A stretch of DNA of 64,000 nt from an uncultured Phycisphaeraceae bacterium (GCA_964510955.1 CAZEDW010000014.1:10192-74191), one strand, 5' to 3'. Counted from the first letter of the stretch, positions 9,187 through 17,791 are shown. Translations and numbers: made by a program. Notes: generated from the letters alone by a model not told the origin.

Positions 9187-9957
9187 ATGACCGACTTCCC
9201 CGCATACGCCGACTACGGCCCGCTCCCCGGCAAGCTCTTCATCGTCGAGGGCATCGACGGGTCGGGCAAGTCGACGCAGCTCGACCTGCTGAAGAAGTGG
9301 CTGGTGTCGCGCGGGTACTGCGTGAGTTTCAGCGAGTGGAACTCGTCGCCGCTGGTGCGCGAGACCACCAGCACCGGCAAGCTCAAGCGGCTCCTCAGCC
9401 CGCAGACCTTCAGCCTGATCCACGCCGCGGACTTCGCCGACCGCTTCGAGCGCGCCATCCTGCCCCCGCTCCGCGCCGGCGCCGTGGTGCTCGCCGACCG
9501 TTACATCTTCACGGCGTTCGCGCGCGACGCGGCCCGCGGGATGGACCCCGAGTACGTCCGGCGCATCTACCGCTTCGCGCCCAAGCCCACCGTGGCGTTT
9601 TACTTCCGTGTCCCCCTCGACGAGGCCCTGCGCCGCATCCTCACCGGCCGCCCGGAGTTGAAGTACTACGAGGCGGGCATGGACCTGGGGCTGAGCGAAG
9701 ACCCCTACAAGAGCTTTGAACTGTTCCAAGGACGCATCCTCGATCAGTATGAGAAGATGATCCCCGAGTTCGGCCTGAGCGTCATCGATGCGACGCTCCC
9801 GATCTCCGAGCAGCAGGTGCAGGTGCGCAAGCTGGTCGAGCCGCACCTCAAGGGCGTGCTGCGCCAGCCGGTCAATCCATACGCCGAGGTCTTGAATCGT
9901 GAAACGCTGAGCGGCAGGTACCTCGAAGGCAAGGAATCAGACTGGTCGTCCGAGTAA
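9187..9957 (+). CDS. thymidylate kinase-like P-loop kinase (canonical GSGKST P-loop)
   Basis: Track ORF is 9121..9957; the ATG at 9187 (MTDFPAYADYG) is preferred. Contains LFIVEGIDGSGKSTQLDLLKKWL and VLADRYIFT. Paralogous to 5236..6045. Confidence 0.75.
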   Translation: MTDFPAYADYGPLPGKLFIVEGIDGSGKSTQLDLLKKWLVSRGYCVSFSEWNSSPLVRETTSTGKLKRLLSPQTFSLIHAADFADRFERAILPPLRAGAVVLADRYIFTAFARDAARGMDPEYVRRIYRFAPKPTVAFYFRVPLDEALRRILTGRPELKYYEAGMDLGLSEDPYKSFELFQGRILDQYEKMIPEFGLSVIDATLPISEQQVQVRKLVEPHLKGVLRQPVNPYAEVLNRETLSGRYLEGKESDWSSE

Positions 9958-9991
9958 GATGCTCCTGTTCTTCCAGACAAGGAGTATCGCC

Positions 9992-10309
9992 ATGAAGAAG
10001 GCCGCCACCCTGATCGTCCCCGCCGTGGTGAGCGCGTGCGCCTGCGGCTGCGCCAACAACCAGGCGTCCAAGCCCGTCGCCGCGACCGAAGACAAGTGCA
10101 CCCAGGACCCTCACCCGACGGCCAAGACCGTCGCGGGCACGCCGATCAACACGATCTGCCCGATCGGCAAGCACGAGGTCTACGCGTCGGCCCCGCGCGC
10201 CGCCCACAAGGGCCAGGTGATCGCGTTCTGCTGCGTCGATTGCCTGGAGGCGTGGAACAAGATGAACGAGGCCCAGCGTGATGCGCTGGTGGCGTCGATC
10301 AAGCATTGA
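9992..10309 (+). CDS. small Cys-rich lipoprotein, hypothetical (possible metal-binding)
   Basis: AAGGAG lies 6 nt upstream of the ATG at 9992. MKKAATLIVPAVVSACACGC has a lipobox-like signal. C-terminal ICPIGKHEV...VIAFCCVDCLEAWNK resembles a degenerate TRASH/YHS Cys pattern. Confidence 0.55.
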   Translation: MKKAATLIVPAVVSACACGCANNQASKPVAATEDKCTQDPHPTAKTVAGTPINTICPIGKHEVYASAPRAAHKGQVIAFCCVDCLEAWNKMNEAQRDALVASIKH

Positions 10310-10334
10310 TCGCATTCGGCGCGCCGGAGCCCGC

Positions 10335-11000
10335 TCAACGCCCGGGCTGTTCCTTGAGCAGCGCGTCAACCGCGTCGCTCACATGATCGCCCGAAAGGCC
10401 CGCCGCGCGAACGACGCCGGCACGGTCCACCAGCACGTAGAACGGCCACCACTGAACGTTGTACGCCTGCTCGGTCGCGTGCCCGCTGTCCGCGACGGAG
10501 GAGAACCGCAGCCCGCGTTTCTGTGACACCTCCGCCATCGTCTCGGCTCCTTGCGTGTCGCACACGCCGATCACGTCGACGCCCTTGTCCTCGTACCGCC
10601 GGCTCCAATCGTTGATCCGCGGCGATGCCTTGCGGCAGTGGGGGCACCAGGTGGCCCAGAAGGCGAGCAGGACGATCCGGCCCCGGACCGCCGACAGCTC
10701 CTTCTTTTCACCGACCCAGACGGTCCCGCGCAGATCGGGCGCGGCCATCCCCTGCTCAGACTGTAAACCGGCCCACACCCGCTCGTCCTTCGAGCGTGAA
10801 AACCACTCACGTGGGAACACCGCCTTCGTGTCTGCGGCGCCCGGAGACGTGCCCGGGGCGCTCGACGGCGCCGAGCCCGGCGGCGCGTCCGACGCCCCGC
10901 ACCCCGATGGGCCGAGCGCCGCCGCGAGCGAGCACGGCACCGCCCACGCCGGGTGGTGCGACGGACGGATCGAACTCGGTCGTGACACGGGCCGCATCAC
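10335..11000 (-). CDS. TlpA/ResA-like thiol-disulfide oxidoreductase (thioredoxin fold)
   Basis: 221 aa. LLAFWATWCPHCRKASPRI contains a CxxC active site, preceded by an N-terminal signal/lipoprotein-like region. Confidence 0.85.
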   Translation of the reverse strand: MMRPVSRPSSIRPSHHPAWAVPCSLAAALGPSGCGASDAPPGSAPSSAPGTSPGAADTKAVFPREWFSRSKDERVWAGLQSEQGMAAPDLRGTVWVGEKKELSAVRGRIVLLAFWATWCPHCRKASPRINDWSRRYEDKGVDVIGVCDTQGAETMAEVSQKRGLRFSSVADSGHATEQAYNVQWWPFYVLVDRAGVVRAAGLSGDHVSDAVDALLKEQPGR

Positions 11001-11019
11001 TCACCCGTAGCTCTCGTGG

Positions 11020-11649
11020 TTAGCTTTTCGAGGGCTGCTCCTCGAGCAGCGCGTCGAGTGCGTCGCCCAGGTGATCAGGCTGCAGCCCGGCGGCCCGGAC
11101 GATGCCCTTGCGGTCGATCAGCACATAGAACGGCCACCACCGGACGCCGAAGCTCTTCTCGGTCTGGTTCCCGGAGTCCCAGCCGGTCGGGTACTTCATG
11201 GAGGTCTCTTTGGCAGCGGCTTCCATCGTGCCCTTGTTGCGGAGGTCAGTGCAGCAGACGCCGACCACGGAAACACCCTTCGCCTTGTAGTGATCCATGA
11301 TCTCGTTGGTGTGGGGCACCGCGGCTCGGCACGGCCCGCACCACACCGCCCAGAAGTCAACGAGCACGATCTGACCCTTGAGCTTGCTCAGGTCCTGCGC
11401 GTCGCCGACCCACTTGCTCACCTTGAGCGCGCCGGCGGGCCGCCCCTGCGCCCGCTTGAGCTTGTCCCAGGTCGGGTCATCCTTGGCGAAGAACCACTCG
11501 CGCTTGAACTCGGCCCGCTTGCCGGCGGCCACGGGCTTGTCGTCCGTGCCGTCGGGGCGGCCCCAGGCCCCGACCGGGGCCAGCAGGCACAACCCCGCCC
11601 CGCAGCAGAGGGCGACGGCGGCAAGCACAGGGCGGCTCGTGAAGCGCAT
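11020..11649 (-). CDS. TlpA/ResA-like thiol-disulfide oxidoreductase (thioredoxin fold)
   Basis: Track ORF is 11020..11913; the ATG at 11649 (MRFTSRPVLAAVALCCGAG, signal peptide) is preferred. VLVDFWAVWCGPCRAAVPH contains the CxxC site. Confidence 0.85.
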   Translation of the reverse strand: MRFTSRPVLAAVALCCGAGLCLLAPVGAWGRPDGTDDKPVAAGKRAEFKREWFFAKDDPTWDKLKRAQGRPAGALKVSKWVGDAQDLSKLKGQIVLVDFWAVWCGPCRAAVPHTNEIMDHYKAKGVSVVGVCCTDLRNKGTMEAAAKETSMKYPTGWDSGNQTEKSFGVRWWPFYVLIDRKGIVRAAGLQPDHLGDALDALLEEQPSKS

Positions 11650-11842
11650 GAAAAGTCTCCTTGGCGGACGCTGAACAGGTCGGGTGGGGATCGGCGTTCG
11701 GTGGCGCAGGGCGTGAAACGTGTGGCCGTCATTCTTGGCGCGCCGGAACGGGTGAACCCGCGGGGCGTCCAAACCGCTACAATGCACACGGGGATCAGCG
11801 AACCGGTTGAATCCCGACTGAACCCGAACGGAGACCGCATCG

Positions 11843-12094
11843 ATGAATAACAAAGGCAACGGAATGAAGATCATTCTCGCGGTGATCCTCCTCGCCGCGG
11901 CGGTGTTCGTCATCCTCTACACCAGCACCGACATCTTCACGGGGGGCGCCAAGCCACCCTCCCAGGACACCTCGGCCGCCGCGATCGAGGCCGCCAAGAG
12001 CCCCGACAAGGGCGCCGCCGCCAAGAAGGCCGATGCGCCGGGCACGATGAAGGCGGACAACCCCAACCTGTTCAAGAAGCCCGGCGGCGAGTAA
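11843..12094 (+). CDS. small single-pass membrane protein, hypothetical
   Basis: 83 aa with one hydrophobic helix (KIILAVILLAAAVFVILY) and an Ala/Lys-rich tail. The start could instead be the internal MKIIL. Confidence 0.4.
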   Translation: MNNKGNGMKIILAVILLAAAVFVILYTSTDIFTGGAKPPSQDTSAAAIEAAKSPDKGAAAKKADAPGTMKADNPNLFKKPGGE

Positions 12095-12242
12095 TCGCCC
12101 GCGCCGACGCACACGCCGCCACCCGCTCGAAAGTTTTCTCGGCGCCCCGTTCTCCTGAGCGGGGCGCTGTGATTCACGCCGGGGTTCGCCTGCCCACCGC
12201 ACGGCGCCGGCGTCCGCCCCGTCCCCTTCGGACCCGCACCCG

Positions 12243-12929
12243 ATGCTCACCTATCTCATCACCGGCGCCAACCGCGGCCTGGGCCTCGAGTTGACCCGCC
12301 AGCTCCGTGCCCGCGGCGAGCGGGTGTTCGCCACCGCCCGCGTGCCGCGCGACGCCGGCGAACTGCGCAAGCTCACCCCCGACGTCCTGGCGCTCGACGC
12401 CGCCGACCCCGCGAGCATCGAGTCGCTCGGCGCCGCGATGAAGGGGCAGGCGGTCGATGTGCTCATCAACAACGCCGGGATTTATGGGAAAGACACGTCG
12501 CTCGACGCGCTGAGCGCCGCGGAGTTCGAGCGGGTCTTCCGCACCAACGTCGCCGGGCCGGCGCTCATCACCCGCGCGCTGCTCCCAAGCCTGCGCAGCG
12601 GCCGGCGCAAGCTGGTGGTCAACGTGTCCAGCACCTACGGCAGCATCTCCAGCTCGATCAGCGGGGGATCGTCGGGCGGGAGCTGGTCGTACAAGTCCAG
12701 CAAGGCCGCGCTGAACATGGTCACCTCCGACCTGCACAACGCCCTGAAGGCCGAGGGCTTCACCTGTGTCTCGGTGTGCCCCGGCTGGAACCGCACCGAC
12801 ATGGGCGGTTCCGGCGCGCCGCTGGACCCGCGCGATTCGATGCGCTCGCTGATCGGCGTCGTGGACAGGCTGAACGTCTCGGACTCCGGCCGATTCCTCA
12901 GCCACGAGGGATCGCCCATCGCCTGGTGA
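12243..12929 (+). CDS. short-chain dehydrogenase/reductase (SDR, C-factor-like)
   Basis: 228 aa with the N-terminal TGANRGLG cofactor motif, NNAG, and YKSSK (YxxxK catalytic motif). Confidence 0.85.
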   Translation: MLTYLITGANRGLGLELTRQLRARGERVFATARVPRDAGELRKLTPDVLALDAADPASIESLGAAMKGQAVDVLINNAGIYGKDTSLDALSAAEFERVFRTNVAGPALITRALLPSLRSGRRKLVVNVSSTYGSISSSISGGSSGGSWSYKSSKAALNMVTSDLHNALKAEGFTCVSVCPGWNRTDMGGSGAPLDPRDSMRSLIGVVDRLNVSDSGRFLSHEGSPIAW

Positions 12930-12950
12930 GCGGCTGCTCCGCGGGGCGAT

Positions 12951-13295
12951 TCACCCGAACGCGCGCCCCGTGTCAGGGTCCACCAGCCGCCAGCCAAGGC
13001 GCCGGCAAATCCGGAACAGCACCGGGATCGCCGCGTCGTCCTCGGTGATCGTCACGCTCACCTGCCCCACCGGGTCGTCCGGCCCGACCATGGGGAGCTC
13101 GGCGGTGAAGCCCGGGCCGTAGAGCACGCCGGGGGTTACCGGATCGCCGTCGTGCGCCGTGTTGAAGTTGGACAGGGCGCTCTGGACGTCGCGGCAGGAC
13201 CCCATCGTGACCATGTTCATCCCCGGCCCCAGGCGCGAGCGGTCCAGCGGATCGCCCGCGTCCCCGTCGGGGTCGGCGAGCTTGACCAGGAGCAT
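12951..13295 (-). CDS. hypothetical protein
   Basis: 114-aa ORF filling the gap between convergent or neighbouring genes. Composition is non-repetitive and I recognise no motif. Confidence 0.35.
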   Translation of the reverse strand: MLLVKLADPDGDAGDPLDRSRLGPGMNMVTMGSCRDVQSALSNFNTAHDGDPVTPGVLYGPGFTAELPMVGPDDPVGQVSVTITEDDAAIPVLFRICRRLGWRLVDPDTGRAFG

Positions 13296-13386
13296 GGAAC
13301 GCAGACGGGCCAGTGGAGTGGTGGGGAGGTGGCGGCGGACCCGCGAAGTCGAAGGGACGCCAGTATCGCCGGAACGAGCCGGTGAA

Positions 13387-14517
13387 TCAACGCAGGCGGG
13401 TTGAGCCGGTCGCGGCCAGCTCCTCGGCGTCGCGCCGGCTTTGGGCGATGATCCGGTCGAGGTCGCCGGGCGTCATCCACGGCAGTTGCTCGAGCTTTTC
13501 ACGGAGCCGCGCCGGGAACTGCCGCGTGGTCGCGGGGCCGGAGGCCTGCGGGTCGGATCGCTCGTGCGGCGGCCTGCTTTTCCAGGCGCGGTGCATCCAG
13601 AGGTACTGCTCCGGCGCCGAGCGCACCATGGTCTCGATGGCGCGCCGGTAGCGTGCCGTGATGTAAAACGCCGGGTCGGGCTGCGTCGCCCAGTCATCGG
13701 GGCGGATCACGTCCACGATCTCGATCCGGTAGCGGAACGGGCCCAGCCCGCTGCCCGGCGCCGGGCGCAGGCGCCGGGCGTGCCCGCAGATGACCGGGGC
13801 GTTGTGGCGCAGCGCCAGCAGCGCGATCGCCTTGTAGCTGGACGCGAGCCGGTTGAAGAACGGCACGAACAGCCCGCGGTCGCCGGCGTTCTGGTCGGCG
13901 ATGAACCCCAGCGGATACCCGGCGCGCATGATCCCGTCGAACTCCTCGGCGGCGCCGAACTTGTCCACCAGCGTCAGCCCCGCGCCGCTCCGCGTGCGGT
14001 GCATCCAGTCGTCGAGCGGCTTCATGTCCAGCGGCCGGTAGACCGCGTGGATCGGGAACCCCAGCATCGCCAGGGTGTACCCCAGCAGCTCCCAGTTCCC
14101 GCAGTGACCGGTGATCAGAACGCTCGGACCCGCCCGCAGAAGTTCGGTCAGCCCGTGAGCCAGAGGCCCCAGTTCGACGTGGAACGGGAAACCGTCGGCG
14201 GTGATGAAGCGCGGGGTCCAGGTGAGCTCGGCGGCCAGCGAGAACAGGTGGCGGTACGACTCGACCGCCGTCGCCTCCACCCGCTGGTCGTCCCATTCCG
14301 GGAAGCACCATCGGATGCTGCTCTGGGCCCTTCGCACGCGGGCGCGGTTCATCGGCAGCGCGGCGTAGCCGGTGGCCAGCCGGCGCAGCAGGCGCGTCGT
14401 GCCGGGGATGCCCCCGACGTGGGTGAGCGCCGCGACACCCCGGACCAGGGCGTACGCGGGCGAGTGCAGCATCCGGGGGAGCCCCCGGGTCTGCCTGGGT
14501 TTCCTGGAGCCGAGCAT
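13387..14517 (-). CDS. lysophospholipid/lipid A biosynthesis acyltransferase (LpxL/HtrB family)
   Basis: 376 aa. ITGHCGNWELLG matches the H-x-GNWE family motif, and the length and layout are typical of the family. Confidence 0.75.
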   Translation of the reverse strand: MLGSRKPRQTRGLPRMLHSPAYALVRGVAALTHVGGIPGTTRLLRRLATGYAALPMNRARVRRAQSSIRWCFPEWDDQRVEATAVESYRHLFSLAAELTWTPRFITADGFPFHVELGPLAHGLTELLRAGPSVLITGHCGNWELLGYTLAMLGFPIHAVYRPLDMKPLDDWMHRTRSGAGLTLVDKFGAAEEFDGIMRAGYPLGFIADQNAGDRGLFVPFFNRLASSYKAIALLALRHNAPVICGHARRLRPAPGSGLGPFRYRIEIVDVIRPDDWATQPDPAFYITARYRRAIETMVRSAPEQYLWMHRAWKSRPPHERSDPQASGPATTRQFPARLREKLEQLPWMTPGDLDRIIAQSRRDAEELAATGSTRLR

Positions 14518-14520
14518 CGC

Positions 14521-15936
14521 TCAGCGCTGGGGCGAGAAGCCCGTGAGCGTGAACAGGCGGTTCTGATTGAGGATCGGGATGCTGGTGCGCTTGGCGGTGT
14601 CGAGCAGCTCGTCGTAGCGCTGCACGTTCTGCTTGAGCTTCAGGTAGCGCTGGATCAGCTCGATGGGGTCCTCGGGCTTGGGCTCGGGCGGGAGGATCGG
14701 GCGGTCGCCCAGGACCAGGAAGTCGGTGCTGCCGCTGATGCCGTCGGAGAGCTGGCCGCCCCAGTCGCGGATCAGCGCCTCGATGTCGGCGGATTCCTGC
14801 GGCGTCGGGACCGAGTCGTTGTTGGTGTCGAAGTTCCCGAAGACGCAGAAGGTGTAGGTCTTCTTGGGGTCGTACACCGCGTTGGCCGCCGCGTCGCCGG
14901 GGATGACGGGGTTGCCGCGGGCCTGGCGCGTGATGCGCGCCAGGCTGGAGTTTTCGTCAACCCGGACCAGCTCGATCGAGGCCTTGCCCTGCGGGTAGTT
15001 CCCCTCGGCGTCGGGCCGGATGATGGTGCCGACGCTGTAGATCTCGAAGGTCATCCCGAGCACAGCGTGCTGCTTGCGTCCGACGCCGACGTAGACCTGG
15101 TTCGAGCCGGGGTTGACGCCGACGATACGGGCGTCGACCAGGGCCGACTCCTCGCCGGGCTTGAGGCGCTCCTTCTCGTTCTTGCCCAGGGCCTTGTCGA
15201 GCTGCTCCTGCTTGACGAGCAGCTCCTGCTGCAGCGAGTCGACCTTGCCCTGAAGCTCCGAACCGGTGCGGGAGTTCTCGGCGCGGAGGTCTTCGACGCG
15301 CTTCTCCATCGACGACTGGGTGTCCTCGACACCCGCGCGGTAGCGGTCGAGCTCGCCCTTGATCCCGCCGATCTCGGCGTTCAGGGCGGTCACGGTGGCG
15401 CGGTTCTCCTCCTGGATCTTGGCGATCCGGTCGGAGGCGGCCTTGAGGTCGTCCTGGGCGTTGTTGCGGTCCGCCTGGGCCTGTGCCAGCTTGGCGTTGA
15501 GGTCGGCGATTTCCTTGTCCTTCGAGGCCAGCACCGACCAAAGGGGGGCTGCGCCCTCGCCGAGCGACTTGGAGATCTTCTCCTTCAGGCCCTCGGGCGT
15601 CTCCTTGCGATTGCCGGTGACCAGCTTCATCGTGTCCGACAGGCTCTGGTCGAGGTAGCGCACGGCGCCCTTGCCGCCGGCGGCCTGGGCCTGGCGCTTG
15701 ATCTCCTCCCAGCGGTCGTCCTTCTCGTCGTCCCGGATCGCCGCGGCGCGGTCGGACTTGGCGGTGTCCAGGTCGTTCCCGAGACGCTGGCTCTTGGCGA
15801 GGAAGACGACAAAGAGCACGAAGAATACAAGCGTGCCCAGCGCGAACACAGTGATCGCGCTGAGCATGGGGACGCTGGCGCTGTTGCGTGAGGCCATCGA
15901 GAGCACTCCAAGGGCCGAACCGGTTTCCGGCGTCAC
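14521..15936 (-). CDS. membrane-anchored coiled-coil protein with BRCT-like C-terminal domain
   Basis: 471 aa. N-terminal TM (ITVFALGTLVFFVLFVVFLA), about 200 aa of heptad-like Lys/Glu/Ala/Gln-rich sequence, and a C-terminal FCVFGNF...IRDWGGQLSDGISGSTDFLVLGD...IPILNQNRLFTL resembling BRCT. The start may be the internal ATG at 15897. Confidence 0.6.
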   Translation of the reverse strand: MTPETGSALGVLSMASRNSASVPMLSAITVFALGTLVFFVLFVVFLAKSQRLGNDLDTAKSDRAAAIRDDEKDDRWEEIKRQAQAAGGKGAVRYLDQSLSDTMKLVTGNRKETPEGLKEKISKSLGEGAAPLWSVLASKDKEIADLNAKLAQAQADRNNAQDDLKAASDRIAKIQEENRATVTALNAEIGGIKGELDRYRAGVEDTQSSMEKRVEDLRAENSRTGSELQGKVDSLQQELLVKQEQLDKALGKNEKERLKPGEESALVDARIVGVNPGSNQVYVGVGRKQHAVLGMTFEIYSVGTIIRPDAEGNYPQGKASIELVRVDENSSLARITRQARGNPVIPGDAAANAVYDPKKTYTFCVFGNFDTNNDSVPTPQESADIEALIRDWGGQLSDGISGSTDFLVLGDRPILPPEPKPEDPIELIQRYLKLKQNVQRYDELLDTAKRTSIPILNQNRLFTLTGFSPQR

Positions 15937-16059
15937 CCGACCGGCCCGAGCGGGCCGTGGGGGGCGAAGAAGCGGCGCGGATCGAGGTACGAATATACGC
16001 CGAACCCGCCCGAGCGGATGCTCGGGTGACTGGGAGTGTCCGTGAGGCGGGCGCGGCCG

Positions 16060-16716
16060 TCAACTGGGCGGGTTCGCTGTGCGATCGGGCGGGGGGCCGC
16101 CCCGTGCGATCAGATCACCCAGCACACCCGGGAGCAGGTCCAGCTCCAGTTCGAACACCCGCGCCGCCAGGGCGTCCGGGGTATCGCCCGGGATCACCGG
16201 GCAGCGGCGCTGGGCCAGAATGACGCCCCGGTCGTACCGCCCGTCGCACAGGTGAACGGTGCACCCGCTCTCGGCAGCGCCCGACGCCAGGACGGCCTCA
16301 TGCACGTGATGCCCGTACATCCCCGGCCCCCCGAATGACGGCAACAACGCAGGGTGGATGTTGACCACGCGGCCCTCGTACCCGGTGGGGATCGGCAAGA
16401 GGTGCAGGTACCCCGCCAGCACGACCCAGTCCGCTCTGGCCTCGCGGAGCATCGCTCCCAGCGAGTCAGGCGTTGCCGCGCGGGGATCGATCCGGCGCGT
16501 GGGGATTCCGCGCTCCCGCGCGAACGCTTCGCCCCGGCACGGACGCGAGGCGACCACGAGCACGACCTGCCCGGCAAACTCGCCGCGCGCTCGGCGCTCC
16601 ACCAGGTTGACAAGCGTTCTCCCGGTCCCGGAAACAAACACCGCCAGGCGTGAGCCGGGCAAAGTCTCTGCGGGCGCGTGTCCAGGTGGACCGCCCGGGT
16701 GCACCGACGGGTTCAT
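16060..16716 (-). CDS. purN: phosphoribosylglycinamide formyltransferase
   Basis: The track ORF extends to 17106; the ATG at 16716 is preferred. Contains LAVFVSGTGRTLVNL, VVLAGYLHLLP, VVNIHPALLPSFGG and SGCTVHL. Confidence 0.9.
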   Translation of the reverse strand: MNPSVHPGGPPGHAPAETLPGSRLAVFVSGTGRTLVNLVERRARGEFAGQVVLVVASRPCRGEAFARERGIPTRRIDPRAATPDSLGAMLREARADWVVLAGYLHLLPIPTGYEGRVVNIHPALLPSFGGPGMYGHHVHEAVLASGAAESGCTVHLCDGRYDRGVILAQRRCPVIPGDTPDALAARVFELELDLLPGVLGDLIARGGPPPDRTANPPS

Positions 16717-17072
16717 TTGACCTTCGCGATCGCACCGGCCTTGTCGGGCGCGATCTGCAGCAGGCGGTCGAGCTTGGTGAGGCGGACCAGGTCGTTCAGC
16801 GGCTTGCTCATCCCGAACATCGCCATCTTGCCGCCGCCGGTCTGGCACTGCTTGGTCATCGTGATGAGCATGCCCAGCCCCATGGACCCGAGCATGGTGA
16901 CATCGGTGAAGTCCAGCACCAGCTTCCAGCCGCTCTTCTCGGCGGCCTTGGTGACCTCCGCCTGGATGATCGGCGATTCGCGCTGGCTGATGGACGGCGC
17001 CAGGAGCTTGGCGACCGCAACGCCGCCTTCGCTGGAGACGAGCACCATGCTGGCTTCTTGCTGGGTCATCAT
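16713..17072 (-). CDS. STAS-domain anti-sigma factor antagonist (SpoIIAA-like)
   Basis: 119 aa. LVLDFTDVTMLGSMGLGMLI matches the STAS core including the conserved Ser. The stop overlaps the purN ATG (ATGA). Confidence 0.75.
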   Translation of the reverse strand: MMTQQEASMVLVSSEGGVAVAKLLAPSISQRESPIIQAEVTKAAEKSGWKLVLDFTDVTMLGSMGLGMLITMTKQCQTGGGKMAMFGMSKPLNDLVRLTKLDRLLQIAPDKAGAIAKVK

Positions 17073-17227
17073 TGAGGAGCGTATCCGCCCGCGCGGGCCC
17101 GGCCAAGTGGGATCGGCACGATGGCGCGGTTTCAGCAGCGAATTCGGTGACTTGTGCTCAAACGGTCACCGGACGCCGCGGGCACGGACCTGCAAACCCG
17201 GGCACCGGGAACCTCGTACGCTGTGGT

Positions 17228-17791
17228 ATGACCACAGGCGCGCCCGCATCGCCCCAACTGGCCGAGTTCCAGGCACTTCCAAACCGCGAACTCGGCGCGA
17301 GGTACGCCCGCGGCATCGAGCGGATCGAACGCCGTCTGCTGGAGCTGACCGACGCCCAGCTTGACACGTTCTTTGCGCCCGAGGCGGGCGTTGGAAGGTG
17401 GTCGTGCCGGGTGCTGCTGGGGCATCTGGTCGATGCCGATATGTCGTTCATTCACCGTATCCGGCGCGCCGTGGCCGAGGACCGCCCCGTTTTCAGCGTC
17501 TGGGACGAGAACGCCTTCATCGATTCGGGCCTGTACGGGGGACCCGCCGGCGGAAAGGACAAGCCCGTCGCGGCGTTCGTCGCTGTCCTGCACACCCTGC
17601 GGCGCTGGCACGCCGAGTGGATGGGGACGCTCACCGACGCCCAGTGGGCCCGGGCCGGGCTTCACCCTGAGCGGGGCGAGCAATCTGTGCGGGTGATCAT
17701 GAACTACGCGACATGGCACCTGGAGCATCACGCCTGGTTCCTGTCGCGGAAGCTGGAAAGGCTGCTGGGACCGCGCCCGCAGGAACCGTAG
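17228..17791 (+). CDS. DinB-family protein
   Basis: Track ORF is 17072..17791; the ATG at 17228 is preferred. Contains LLGHLVDADMSFIHRI and WHLEHHAWFL (a His triad typical of DinB/YfiT four-helix bundles). Confidence 0.65.
   Translation: MTTGAPASPQLAEFQALPNRELGARYARGIERIERRLLELTDAQLDTFFAPEAGVGRWSCRVLLGHLVDADMSFIHRIRRAVAEDRPVFSVWDENAFIDSGLYGGPAGGKDKPVAAFVAVLHTLRRWHAEWMGTLTDAQWARAGLHPERGEQSVRVIMNYATWHLEHHAWFLSRKLERLLGPRPQEP

Noticed and set aside
13441-15891. 816-aa plus-strand ORF
   Set aside because: It lies antisense to two well-supported minus-strand genes (the LpxL-like acyltransferase and the coiled-coil protein). Its translation is Arg/Gly/Ala/Pro-rich low-complexity sequence, the typical shadow ORF of high-GC DNA.
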